A stretch of 64,000 bases of DNA from Hyphomicrobiales bacterium (GCA_050257555.1 JBLMXB010000029.1:7174-71173), one strand, 5' to 3'. Counted from the first letter of the stretch, positions 31,824-40,991 are shown. The notes: a model not told the origin generated them from the sequence alone. Numbers and translations: made by a program.

Positions 31824-33103
31824 TCGCGCGCCTCCTCGAGCTTCATGCTGTACGTGAGGAGCTTCCCGTCCCGCTCGACCGTGAGCGAGATCGTGTCGCC
31901 GACGTTCGCGCCGAAGAGCGCGCGGTACGCCTCCTCCACGTCCCGGATCGGCGTCCCGTTCACCTTGCGGATGATGTCGCCCACCTTGATGCCCGCCTTG
32001 TCGGCCGGGCTCCCCTGCTCGACCGTCGAGACGTAGAGGCCGTTCCGGTCGGTGGTGCCGAGGCGCTCGGCGACGTACGGCGTCAGCTCCCAGGTGCGGA
32101 CCCCGATCCAGACGTTCCGGACCTTCCCGTACTTGATCAGCTCGTCCACCACGCGCTTCGCGGCGTCGATCGGGATCGCGAAGCCGATCCCCTCCGAGCC
32201 GCCGCTCTTCGTGAAGATGAACGTGTTCACCCCGATCACGTCGCCCCGGGCGTTCACGAGCGGCCCGCCCGAGTTCCCCGGATTGATGGCCGCGTCGGTC
32301 TGGATCATGTTCTTGTAGATGCCGCCGCCCGCCGTCTGCGCCTTGATGTCGCGGTGCGTGGCGCTGATGACGCCGGCCGTCACGGTCGGCTGCGTGTCGT
32401 TCAGCAGGAACCCGAACGGGTTCCCGATCGCGATCGCCCACTCGCCGACCATCAAGTCGCTCGACGTGCCGAGGGGCGCGACCGGCAGGTCCTTGCCGTC
32501 GATCTTCACGATCGCGAGGTCGTACTGCGGATGGCTCCCGAGCACCCGGCCGAGGAACCGGCGCCCGTCGGGCAGGATCACGGTGATCTTCTCGGCGTTG
32601 TGGACGACGTGCTCGTTCGTGAGCACGTAGCCGTTCTTCGAGATGATGAAGCCCGAGCCCATGGTCGGGATCTGCTCGCGGTAGCGGTACTGCGGGATCA
32701 TGTCGCGGAAGAAGGGCTCGAAGAACTCGTCGCCGAACGGCACGGGCGTGGTCTGGACGAGCTGCGTCTGGACCACGCTCAGCGTCACGACGGCCGGCCC
32801 CACGCGCTGCGCCGCCGCGACGAGCGCCGTGCGGCGCGACGTGTCGATCGCGGCCGGGACGGCGGCCGAGTCGGACGCGGCGCGCGCGCCCGCGCTCGAG
32901 TCGACGGCCGCGGCCGCCGCGGCGGGCGGCGTGCTCCCGCCCTGGACGGCCGGGTGGATCGACTCGCCGCTCTCCGGCGTCCGCCGCGTCGCGAGGAGGA
33001 GCGCCGCCAGGAGGAGGAACCCGAACAGGATCCCCGCCGCCAGGGTCGAGATCGACCAGCCGCGCTCCCGCGCGGCCCGGGGGGTGGCTTCAGCCGACGA
33101 CAT
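31820..33103 (-). CDS. htrA: HtrA/DegP-family serine protease with one PDZ domain, N-terminal membrane anchor
   Basis: 427 aa ORF. The catalytic triad context is TNEHVV, YDLAIVKI, GNSGGPL. The PDZ domain is GSPADKAGIKVGDIIRKVNG. The TM helix is ILFGFLLLAALLLA. Confidence 0.87.
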   Translation of the reverse strand: MSSAEATPRAARERGWSISTLAAGILFGFLLLAALLLATRRTPESGESIHPAVQGGSTPPAAAAAAVDSSAGARAASDSAAVPAAIDTSRRTALVAAAQRVGPAVVTLSVVQTQLVQTTPVPFGDEFFEPFFRDMIPQYRYREQIPTMGSGFIISKNGYVLTNEHVVHNAEKITVILPDGRRFLGRVLGSHPQYDLAIVKIDGKDLPVAPLGTSSDLMVGEWAIAIGNPFGFLLNDTQPTVTAGVISATHRDIKAQTAGGGIYKNMIQTDAAINPGNSGGPLVNARGDVIGVNTFIFTKSGGSEGIGFAIPIDAAKRVVDELIKYGKVRNVWIGVRTWELTPYVAERLGTTDRNGLYVSTVEQGSPADKAGIKVGDIIRKVNGTPIRDVEEAYRALFGANVGDTISLTVERDGKLLTYSMKLEEARE

Positions 33104-33881
33104 GCATGCGCTCCTTGGGGATCCACCCCCAGCGCGGGTAGCGGATCCGCATGAGGTAGAGTCCGTACGCGGGGGCCGGCGGCGCCGCGGCGCGCCGGTC
33201 CCGGGCCTCGAGCGCCGCGCGCACGACGCGCGCGCCGCCCGTCCCCTCGGCCGCGCGGAGCACGGTCGAGACGATGCGACGGACCATAGTGTACAGGAAG
33301 CGGTCGGCCTCGATGTCGAATCGGTACGCGCCGCGCCGGCCGGCCCAGCGGGCGCGCGTCACCCGGCAGACGGGCGAGACCGCGTCCCCTCCCTGCTTCG
33401 AGAAGGTCGTGAAATCGTGGGCGCCGAGGAGCGGCGCCGTCGCCGCGTTGAGGCGCGCCGGCGGGACGCGCACCGCGCGCGCCCACGCGCGCCGGCGGTC
33501 GAGCGCGCTCGGCGGGGCCACGATCAGGTACCGGTAGCTCCGGCGCATCGCCCGGAAGCGGGCGTGGAAATCGGCCGGCGTCTCCGCCGCCTCGACCACG
33601 CGGACGTCCTCCGGGAGGTGCGCGTTCAGCGCGAGCCGGAGCCGGTCCGGGGCGAGGCGCGTCCTGAACGCGGCGCTCGCCACCTGCCCCGCGGCGTGGC
33701 AGCCGGCGTCGGTCCGGCCGGCGCCCGCGGTCTTCACGGCGGCGCCGGTCAGCCGGCCGAGCGCCGCCTCGAGCTCCCCCTGCACCGTGCGCGCGCGCGG
33801 CTGCTTCTGCCATCCCGAGAATCCGGCGCCGTCGTACTCGAGCACGAGCCGGAACGTCGCCTCGCGCGGCTCAGCGTGCAT
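33090..33881 (-). CDS. truA: tRNA pseudouridine(38-40) synthase
   Basis: ATG at 33881 (MHAEPREATFRLVLEYDGAGFSGWQKQ…). The catalytic GRTDAGCHA motif is present. It is 263 aa. Confidence 0.87.
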   Translation of the reverse strand: MHAEPREATFRLVLEYDGAGFSGWQKQPRARTVQGELEAALGRLTGAAVKTAGAGRTDAGCHAAGQVASAAFRTRLAPDRLRLALNAHLPEDVRVVEAAETPADFHARFRAMRRSYRYLIVAPPSALDRRRAWARAVRVPPARLNAATAPLLGAHDFTTFSKQGGDAVSPVCRVTRARWAGRRGAYRFDIEADRFLYTMVRRIVSTVLRAAEGTGGARVVRAALEARDRRAAAPPAPAYGLYLMRIRYPRWGWIPKERMHVVG

Positions 33882-34611
33882 ACGCGATCCAGGCGGCGGC
33901 CGCCGCGCTCGCGAGCAGCACGCCCGCCTCCGCGGCGCCCCAGGAGAGCGCGAGCCCGCTCCGCCGCGGCGCCCCGGCGGCGTACCCGCGCGCGAAGAGC
34001 GCGTCGCCGTACGCATCGCCGACGCGGAGCATCGTGCCGAGGAACGGGAGGAGCCAGGCCGCGAGGTAGCGCGCCCGCGGGCCGGCGCCCCCGCCGGCCC
34101 GGAGCGCGCGCGCCCGGACGGCCAGGTGCTGCTGCTCCGCCTCGCGGAACGCCGTCGGGAGGAGCGCCACCGTGAGGCGCGCGCTCTCGAACGCGCGCAC
34201 GAGCCACCGCGGGCCGCGGGGCCCCCGCCGCGCGAAGAGCCACCGCGCGGTCCGCGGCAGGAAGCCGCGCGCCGCCCAGCGCGTGAGATAGACGAGCCCG
34301 AGGAGCCGGAGCGCGATCGCGGCCGACGCCGGCGCCGCTTCGGCCGGAGGGCGGCCGCCGAGGAGGAGATGGGCCGCGAAGACGATCGCGGCCAGGCCCA
34401 CGAGCGGGGCCTCGCCGCGGAGCGGGCGCCCCTCCGCGCGGAGCGCGAGCGTCATGGCGCCGAGCGTGAAGAGGGCGATCCAGAGCGGAGCGCGGGCCAG
34501 CGAGACGCCGGCGCCGAGGAACAGGCAGGCGACGAGGAGCGCGGCCGGATGGAGCGGCCGTTTCGAGTCGGCGGGTTCGGTCGGTTCGTCGTACCGGGGC
34601 GAGCCGGGCAC
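33871..34611 (-). CDS. EcfT/CbiQ-family transmembrane protein (energy-coupling factor T-component-like)
   Basis: 246 aa polytopic membrane ORF. Ala-Arg-Gly-type coupling motifs are present (AVRARALRAG, ALFARGY). It is immediately upstream of truA, as ecfT is in Firmicutes. No ECF ATPase genes are in the window. Confidence 0.55.
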   Translation of the reverse strand: MPGSPRYDEPTEPADSKRPLHPAALLVACLFLGAGVSLARAPLWIALFTLGAMTLALRAEGRPLRGEAPLVGLAAIVFAAHLLLGGRPPAEAAPASAAIALRLLGLVYLTRWAARGFLPRTARWLFARRGPRGPRWLVRAFESARLTVALLPTAFREAEQQHLAVRARALRAGGGAGPRARYLAAWLLPFLGTMLRVGDAYGDALFARGYAAGAPRRSGLALSWGAAEAGVLLASAAAAAWIAYAR

Positions 34612-34702
34612 GGTCAGCGGGACTCCCTTGGGTGCCTTCGGAGGGGCTCGCCCTTCGGGCGGGCCACCTAAAGCCCCACGATAGCCGGTCGCGTCCTCCC
34701 TG

Positions 34703-36280
34703 TCACCCGAGCGGCGGCGCCGCGGCCGCGGCGCCCGAGGCGCCGATCGGGCGGAACCACGCGACCGCGACGAGCGACGCGATCAAGGCGATCGAGAGCG
34801 CCGTGATCCAGTCCCCCCACTCGGCGTAGAGCGTCGGGCCGATCTCCTGGTCGACCGTGCCGGCGAGGATCGCCTCGGCGAAGAGCGGCGTCCGCGCCGT
34901 GACGCGGCCGTAGGGATCGATCAGCATCGAGATGCCCGTGTTCGCGCAGCGCGCGAGCCCCATGCCGAGCTCGACGGAGCGGAGGATCGCGAGGTCGGCG
35001 TGCTGGACGGGACCGGCCGTCTTCCCGAACCACTCGTCGTTCGTGATGTTCACGAGGTACTGGGCGCCCTCGTTCGCGTACCTCCGCGCGAGGTTCGGGA
35101 AGATCGACTCGAAGCAGATCAGGACCCCGAACGCCGGCCCGGCGCCGGTGAAGACGACCGAGCGCTTCCCCGGCGTCCATTCGGCCTGGCCGAGGTCGAC
35201 GTGGCCCAGGAACGGGAAGAGCCCCTGGAACGGGATCCGCTCCCCGAAGGGCACGAGGTGGATCTTCTCGTACTGGCCCCGGAGCCGGCCGGAAGCGAGG
35301 ACGAGGCCGGCGGCGTTCGACGTGAGCACGCTCCCGTGCGGGTCGAGGCGCGCGTCCGGGTATCCGAGCAGGATCGGGACCCCCGTCTCCTTCGCGAGGT
35401 CGAAGAGCCGCTCCATCTTCGCCGGCTCGAGCCGCACGTAGTAGGGGAGCGCGGTCTCCGGCCAGATCACCAGGTCGGGGCGTGGCGTCGTCGCCGCGGC
35501 GTCGCGCGTGAGCCGCTCCATCCGCGTCGCGATCGAGTCCTGGAGCGCGGGCACCCACTTCTCCTCGCTCGAGACGTTCGGCTGGACCAGCGCGACGCGC
35601 GCGAGCGGCACGACGTGCGCGTGGCGGAGGCGGCCCGCGCCCCAGAGCGGCGGGAGCGCGACGACCGCCGCGATCACGATCCCGAGGAAGAGACGCGGCG
35701 CGATCCCGCGCTTCACGATCGCCCCGGCCACGAGCGCGTTCACCGTGATCACCCAGAAGGAGAGCCCCGCGACCCCCGCCACGGACGCCCCCTGGATCCA
35801 GGCCGGATGCGGCGCCAGCGCGTACCCGAGGTTCCCCCACGGGCAGCCGAGCTCGCCCGTGCTCTTCAGCCACTCGCCGATCAGCCAGGCGAACGGCGCC
35901 GTGACGAGCACGGGCCACCCGAGGCGGCGGCGGACGAACCGGACGATCCATCCGAAGAGCGCGACGTAGAGGCCGAGGTAGAGGCCGAGGGTCAGGAGCG
36001 CCGGATAGATGAGCAGCGGGTGGGTCATCGCGCTCGCCGGGAGGCGGACGATCCACCAGAACGTCAGGACGTAGTAGACGATCCCCATGATCCACGGCGC
36101 CCAGCGGGCGCCGCGCGGCGCGCGGCCCGGCTCGCCCGGCCCGGGCGAGTCGACGTGGAGCACGACCAGGAGCGGAACGAGCGCGACGAAGGCGAGCGGC
36201 CAGAGACCGGCCGTCGGGAAGGCGAGCGAGAGGAGGACTCCGGACGCGGCCGCCGCGAGCGGCCCGCGGAGGGCCCTAAT
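34703..36280 (-). CDS. lnt: Apolipoprotein N-acyltransferase (5' end/start codon unresolved)
   Basis: It has a CN-hydrolase domain (VALVQPNVSSEEKW, VIWPETALP, LICFESIF) after a polytopic N-domain. The track ORF starts at GTG 36163. The 39 in-frame codons upstream (to ATT at 36280) encode IRALRGPLAAAASGVLLSLAFPTAGLWPLAFVALVPLLV, a typical Lnt first TM segment. Confidence 0.8.
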   Translation of the reverse strand: MRALRGPLAAAASGVLLSLAFPTAGLWPLAFVALVPLLVVLHVDSPGPGEPGRAPRGARWAPWIMGIVYYVLTFWWIVRLPASAMTHPLLIYPALLTLGLYLGLYVALFGWIVRFVRRRLGWPVLVTAPFAWLIGEWLKSTGELGCPWGNLGYALAPHPAWIQGASVAGVAGLSFWVITVNALVAGAIVKRGIAPRLFLGIVIAAVVALPPLWGAGRLRHAHVVPLARVALVQPNVSSEEKWVPALQDSIATRMERLTRDAAATTPRPDLVIWPETALPYYVRLEPAKMERLFDLAKETGVPILLGYPDARLDPHGSVLTSNAAGLVLASGRLRGQYEKIHLVPFGERIPFQGLFPFLGHVDLGQAEWTPGKRSVVFTGAGPAFGVLICFESIFPNLARRYANEGAQYLVNITNDEWFGKTAGPVQHADLAILRSVELGMGLARCANTGISMLIDPYGRVTARTPLFAEAILAGTVDQEIGPTLYAEWGDWITALSIALIASLVAVAWFRPIGASGAAAAAPPLG

Positions 36281-37292
36281 GGAGCCGGACCTCGCGCCGC
36301 GTCTCGGCCGAGGCGTAGATCGCGTCGATGACGCGCATCAGCTCGAGGCCTTCCTCGGGGGTGGCGAGCGGGCGCTCGCCGAGGGTGACGCAGCGCAGGA
36401 AGTGGTCGAGCTCGGCCTCGTACGACTGCTTGTAGACGTTCTTCGTCGAGTCCTGCGCCGGCGTGACGTCGAGCAGGTTGCCGCCGAGCTCCTTCATGAC
36501 GCGGAACGGCCGGAGGAGCGCGGCGCCGTGCGTGCCGAAGAGGTTCAGGTAGGGGAAGTTCTTCTCGAGGAGGAGGGCCCACGAGACCTCGAGCGTGAGC
36601 GAGGCGCCGTTCCCGAGGACCAGGAACGCCGCGACGGTGTCCTCCACGTCCTCCCGCGTGTCGGTGCCGTACTTCGTCGCGGTCACCGAGGCCACCTTCG
36701 GGTTCCCCAGGAGCCAGAGCGAGAGATCGAGCATCTGCACGCCGAGGTCCATCAGCACGCCGCCGCCCGAGCTCCGCTTGTTCCGGTACCAGGCCGGCCC
36801 CCGCGGATCCGAGCGCCGGCGGAGCCAGCCGGTCTTCGCGTAGAAGATCGTGCCGAACTCGCGCCGCTCCATGTACCCGCGGAGCACCTGCACGTCGGCG
36901 CGGAAGCGGTTGTTCATCGCGTACATGAGGACCGTGCCCGCGCGCCGGGCCGCCTCGGCCATCTGCTCCGCCTCCGCCGCGGTCCGCGCCGGCGGCTTCT
37001 CGCAGAGGACGTGCTTTCCGTACCCGAGCGCGGCCAGCGTCATCGGCGCGTGGAGGTGGTTCGGCGTGGCGATGATCACCGCCTCGAGCTGGTCGCCGCG
37101 CAGGAGCGACTCGTAGTCGCTGGTCGTCCGGCCGATGCCGAAGTGCTGCGCCACGAGGCGCGCCTTCTCGCCGTCGTCGTCGCAGATCGCGACGACCTCG
37201 ACGTCCTTCCGGCGCTTGAGCGCGGGCAGATGATTGATCTGCGTGACGAGACCCGCCCCGATCACCCCGAGGCGGAGGGGACGCTTGGCCAC
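36276..37292 (-). CDS. Gfo/Idh/MocA-family oxidoreductase
   Basis: 338 aa ORF with a GTG start at 37292 and GGGAGAG 6 nt upstream. It has a Rossmann N-terminus (LRLGVIGAGLVTQ) and EKP motif (VLCEKPPA). Confidence 0.78.
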   Translation of the reverse strand: MAKRPLRLGVIGAGLVTQINHLPALKRRKDVEVVAICDDDGEKARLVAQHFGIGRTTSDYESLLRGDQLEAVIIATPNHLHAPMTLAALGYGKHVLCEKPPARTAAEAEQMAEAARRAGTVLMYAMNNRFRADVQVLRGYMERREFGTIFYAKTGWLRRRSDPRGPAWYRNKRSSGGGVLMDLGVQMLDLSLWLLGNPKVASVTATKYGTDTREDVEDTVAAFLVLGNGASLTLEVSWALLLEKNFPYLNLFGTHGAALLRPFRVMKELGGNLLDVTPAQDSTKNVYKQSYEAELDHFLRCVTLGERPLATPEEGLELMRVIDAIYASAETRREVRLH

Positions 37293-37354
37293 GGTCGGCT
37301 CTCCCGGTGTGGCGCGGGCCGACGCGGCGCCCGCGGTGGTGGTTCAGACGGGCG

Positions 37355-37382
37355 AGTATAGAAAGCGTCGCGGCGAAATCAA
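37355..37382 (-). promoter_or_regulatory. Sigma-70-type promoter candidate for the oxidoreductase-lnt transcription unit
   Basis: The minus strand reads TTGATT-N16-TATACT, an AT-rich island in a GC-rich intergenic region about 60 nt upstream of the GTG at 37292. The -35 overlaps the stop of the sigma-54 activator gene. Confidence 0.45.
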
Positions 37383-38500
37383 GGCCAATCGCCCGGAGCG
37401 TCGTCGGCGCGCGGCGTCGCGCCCGCGCCGTCGGCGTCGTCGTCGAGCGGCCCGGCGGCGTCGGCGCGAAGGCGGCGGAGCTTCTTCCAGAGTCCCTGGC
37501 GCGTGAGCCCGAGCGCGCGGGCCGCGAGCGTGCGATTGCCGCGGTGGTGCGCGAGCGCGCTCCGGATCAGCTCGGCCTCGTACGCGCGCGTCCGTCCCCG
37601 GAGCGTCGCGCGGTCGCGCGCCACGACGACGCGCGGACCGTCCCCCTCCTCGCCGAGCGCGTCGGGCCCGATCACGCCGCCCTCCCCCGCGACGTGCGCC
37701 GCCCGCGTGAGCGCCGCCTCGAGCTCCCGGACGTTCCCCGGCCAGTCGTGCGCGGCCAGCCGGTCGAGCGCGTCGCGGCGCACGCCCCGGATCCGGATCC
37801 CGTCCCGAAGCCCGATGCGACCGAGCAGGTGCGCCGCGAGGAGCGGGAGGTCCTCGCGCCGGTCGCGGAGCGGCGGCACGTCGAGCGCGAGCACGTGGAG
37901 CCGGTAGTAGAGGTCGGCACGGAAGCGTCCGGCCCGCGCCTCGCCGGCGAGGTCGCGATGCGTCGCGGCGACGATCCGGACGTCGACCGTGCGCGCGCGG
38001 CCGTCGCCGACGCGCCGCACCTCCCCCTCCTGGAGCACGCGGAGGAGCCGGCTCTGCACGGAGGCGCTCGCGTCGCCGATCTCGTCGAGGAAGAGGGTGC
38101 CCCCGTGCGCCAGCTCGAAGAGGCCGGGGCGGTCGGCGTGCGCGCCGGTGAACGCGCCGCGCGCGTGGCCGAAGAGCTCGCTCTCGACCAGCGTGTCGGG
38201 GATCGAGGCGAAGTTGTGCGGCAGGAACGCGCGGTCGGCGCGGCGGCTCCGCGCGTGGACCGCCCGCGCGACGAGCTCCTTGCCGGAGCCGGTCTCGCCG
38301 CGGACCAGCACGGTGGCGTGGCTCCGCGCGTGCGCGGTCAGGCGCGCGCCGAGCCGGAGGAGCGCCGGGCTCGCGCCGACCAGTCCGAGCGCCGCGTACG
38401 GGCCGAGGCCGGCGGGCGCGAGCGCCTCGAGCGGCACGACCGCGCCTTCCCTTTGCGCGACCGCCGCCGGTCCCGCGTTTCGTTCGTCGCGCTCCGCCAC
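37379..38500 (-). CDS. Sigma-54-dependent transcriptional activator lacking an N-terminal sensory/receiver domain (PspF-like architecture)
   Basis: 373 aa ORF. The AAA+ core begins at about residue 50 (VLVRGETGSGKE). The GAFTGA loop is present (HARGAFTGA), with WPGNVRELE and a C-terminal Fis-type HTH (NRTLAARALGLTRQGLWKKL). Confidence 0.85.
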   Translation of the reverse strand: MAERDERNAGPAAVAQREGAVVPLEALAPAGLGPYAALGLVGASPALLRLGARLTAHARSHATVLVRGETGSGKELVARAVHARSRRADRAFLPHNFASIPDTLVESELFGHARGAFTGAHADRPGLFELAHGGTLFLDEIGDASASVQSRLLRVLQEGEVRRVGDGRARTVDVRIVAATHRDLAGEARAGRFRADLYYRLHVLALDVPPLRDRREDLPLLAAHLLGRIGLRDGIRIRGVRRDALDRLAAHDWPGNVRELEAALTRAAHVAGEGGVIGPDALGEEGDGPRVVVARDRATLRGRTRAYEAELIRSALAHHRGNRTLAARALGLTRQGLWKKLRRLRADAAGPLDDDADGAGATPRADDAPGDWP

Positions 38501-38524
38501 CGCCCCTCCTCCCCGTCCGCGCGC

Positions 38525-39550
38525 CTACGCGCCGAGCAGCCGCACCTCCCGCGTCCCGGCCACGATTCCGCCGACGCGATGCGCGCGGTGCCCCTCGCGG
38601 GCGAGCGCGTCCTCGATCGCGTCGGCGTCGCCGCCGCGCGCGACGAGCAGGAGCCCGAGCCCCATGTTCCAGACTTCGTACGCCTCCGCGTCCGCGACCC
38701 GTCCCTCGCGGCAGAGCGCGCGGAAGACCTCCGGCACCGGCCACGCGCCGAGCCGGATCTCGGCCGCGACGTGCGGCGGCAGGACGCGCACCAGGTTCCC
38801 CGGGATGCCGCCGCCGGTGACGTGCGCCATGCCGCGCACCTCGCCGGCCGCCCGCGCCACCGCGACCGGCGCGCCGTAGTACGGATGGGGCGCGAGGAGC
38901 ACGTCGCCGACGGTGGCCGCGAGGCCCGGGAAGGGGTCGCCGACGCCGAGCCCGAGCGTGTCGAACAGGATCCGCCGCGCGAGCGAGTAGCCGTTCGTGT
39001 GGAGGCCGACGCTCGGCAGCCCGAAGACGACGTCGCCCGGCTCGATGGCGGCGCCGTGGATCAGGTCGCGCTCGTTCGCGACGCCGACGATCGCGCCCGC
39101 GAGGTCGTAGTCGTCCGCGGCGTAGAGGCCCGGCATCTCCGCGGTCTCGCCGCCGATCAGCGCGCAGCCGACCTCGCGACAGCCGCGCGCGAGCCCGGCC
39201 ACCAGCGCCTCCACCCGCTCCGGGCGGAGCGCGCCCATCGCGATGTAGTCGAGGAAGAAGAGCGCCCTCCCGCCGTGGACCAGGATGTCGTTCGCCGAGT
39301 GGCAGACGAGGTCGTAGCCGACGGTGTCGTGCCGGTCGCAGAGGATCGCGACCTTCACCTTCGTCCCGACACCGTCCATGCTGGAGAGGAGCACCTGCCC
39401 CGGCGCGCCCGGCATGCGATACGCGCCCGCGAAGAGCCCGACGTCGCTCAGCACGGCGTCGCCGAACGTGCCGCGACAGAGGTCGCGGATCCGGGCGACC
39501 GCCTCCTCCCCCTTCCGGATGTTGACGCCCGCCTCTTCGTACCGGCTCAT
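38525..39550 (-). CDS. purM: Phosphoribosylformylglycinamidine cyclo-ligase (AIR synthetase)
   Basis: ATG at 39550 (MSRYEEAGVNIRKGEEAV…) with an ATGA overlap with the HD-GYP gene stop. DGVGTK and GGETAEMPG motifs are present. It is 341 aa. Confidence 0.92.
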   Translation of the reverse strand: MSRYEEAGVNIRKGEEAVARIRDLCRGTFGDAVLSDVGLFAGAYRMPGAPGQVLLSSMDGVGTKVKVAILCDRHDTVGYDLVCHSANDILVHGGRALFFLDYIAMGALRPERVEALVAGLARGCREVGCALIGGETAEMPGLYAADDYDLAGAIVGVANERDLIHGAAIEPGDVVFGLPSVGLHTNGYSLARRILFDTLGLGVGDPFPGLAATVGDVLLAPHPYYGAPVAVARAAGEVRGMAHVTGGGIPGNLVRVLPPHVAAEIRLGAWPVPEVFRALCREGRVADAEAYEVWNMGLGLLLVARGGDADAIEDALAREGHRAHRVGGIVAGTREVRLLGA

Positions 39551-40929
39551 CGCACGGCCTCGAGCGGCGCGGGCTCGCGCGGCTCCGGCGCGGGCCGGGC
39601 GGACCCGTCCGGCTCCGGCTCGCGCCAGACCGGGAGCGCCCCCGCCTCGTGGAGGGAGACGAGCGCCTCGACGATCTCGGGATCGAACTGCGCGCCCGCG
39701 TGGCGCCGGAGCTCGCCGAGGGCGCGGTCGACCGGCAGCCCCCTCCGGTACGGGCGGTCCGACGTCATCGCGTCGAACGCGTCGCACGCGTGGATGATCC
39801 GGGCCCCGAGCGGCACCTCGTCCTCGGTCAGCCCCGGCGGGTAGCCCTTCCCGTCGGGACGCCAGTGGTGCGTGCGCACCATAAGGGCCGCGTCCCGGAG
39901 CGAGCGGATCTGGCCCACGATCAGGGCGCCCGCCTCGGGGTGGCGCATCATCACGCGGCGCTCCTCCTCGTCGAGCGCGGTCGGCTTCCGGATCACGTCG
40001 GGGCGCTGCGCGATCTTCCCGATGTCGTGGACGAGCGCCGCGTAGTGGATCGTCTCGACCTCGGATTCCGGGAGCGCGAGCCACCGCGCCACGCGGACGG
40101 CATAGTCCGCGACGCGGACGGAGTGCTCGTGCGTGTAGGGGTCGACCGCGTCGAGCGCCACGCTCAGCGCGCGGACGAAGGAGACGAGGTCCTCCTTGAG
40201 ATCGGCATAGAGGCGGAGCGCGTACCGCGCGAGGAAGAGCGGCACCACGAGGAGCACGATGCCGGGGATGCCCGCGGCCATCCGCACCTGCGCGAAGAGG
40301 AGCCCGAACCCGATCGCGAGGAGGTGCTGCGGCAGTCCGTCGCGGAACTGCTGGCGCCAGATCGTCTGCGCCGCCTCGCGCGTGCGCGCCCCCAGGACCA
40401 GGCTCACCCATCCGGTGTTGAGCGCGTAGTAGAGCGCCCCGGCCAGGAGGATCGGTCCGAAGGCCGCGAGCGTCGGCGCGCCGAGCGCGCCGCCCGCGGC
40501 GAGGTACGCGCTCCCCGCCAGGATCGTCGTGGAGGCGTAGAGCCCCGCGTTCAGCGCCGCCGCGCCCGGCCGCTGCCGGAGGAGGAAGAGCTGCGCGGGG
40601 ATCGTGGTCAGGAGGTCGAGCGCGCCCGCGATCCACGGTCCGAAGAGGAGAATCGCCGCGACGTCGAGCACCGACGCGATCGTGATCGTCCCGCCGCGCG
40701 GCAGCGGGACCGGGAGCGCCTCCGCGACCAGGAGCAGCACGAACCAGACGCCGATGCCGATCGGATCGACGCGCGTCTGCTTCACCTCGGGGCCGCCGAA
40801 GAGCGCGAGCAGCACGGGGAGCGCGGCGAGGAAGGACGGCACCAAGACCCAGGCGGCGCGCGACGCGAAGCGCCTGGCCCGCGCGGCGTCCGGCGGCTCG
40901 GGGAGCGGCGGCGACGTCAGGACCGGCAT
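39547..40929 (-). CDS. Membrane-anchored HD-GYP domain protein (putative c-di-GMP phosphodiesterase)
   Basis: A polytopic N-terminal ~250 aa is followed by HD-GYP: HEHSVRVA, ALVHDIGKI, HHWRPDGKGYP, CDAFDAMTSDRPYR. I prefer the ATG at 40929 (GAGGG upstream), because the TTG at 40980 lies inside the sigma-54 promoter motif. Confidence 0.82.
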   Translation of the reverse strand: MPVLTSPPLPEPPDAARARRFASRAAWVLVPSFLAALPVLLALFGGPEVKQTRVDPIGIGVWFVLLLVAEALPVPLPRGGTITIASVLDVAAILLFGPWIAGALDLLTTIPAQLFLLRQRPGAAALNAGLYASTTILAGSAYLAAGGALGAPTLAAFGPILLAGALYYALNTGWVSLVLGARTREAAQTIWRQQFRDGLPQHLLAIGFGLLFAQVRMAAGIPGIVLLVVPLFLARYALRLYADLKEDLVSFVRALSVALDAVDPYTHEHSVRVADYAVRVARWLALPESEVETIHYAALVHDIGKIAQRPDVIRKPTALDEEERRVMMRHPEAGALIVGQIRSLRDAALMVRTHHWRPDGKGYPPGLTEDEVPLGARIIHACDAFDAMTSDRPYRRGLPVDRALGELRRHAGAQFDPEIVEALVSLHEAGALPVWREPEPDGSARPAPEPREPAPLEAVR

Positions 40930-40976
40930 GGGATGCCCTCGGGTTCGATCCACGCGATTCGGAGCCACGGCCGAAC

Positions 40977-40991
40977 GCAACCAGTGTGCCA
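40977..40991 (-). promoter_or_regulatory. Sigma-54 (-24/-12) promoter candidate upstream of the HD-GYP/purM/activator operon
   Basis: The minus strand reads TGGCACACTGGTTGC (TGGCAC-N5-TTGC). It is intergenic and about 48 nt upstream of the ATG at 40929. Confidence 0.6.

Noticed and set aside
34640-34665. Small hairpin cgccc-ttc-gggcg downstream of lnt, considered as a terminator.
   Set aside because: It has only a 5-bp stem, no U tract, and the next gene starts about 40 nt further on. It is not distinguishable from background GC-rich self-complementarity.
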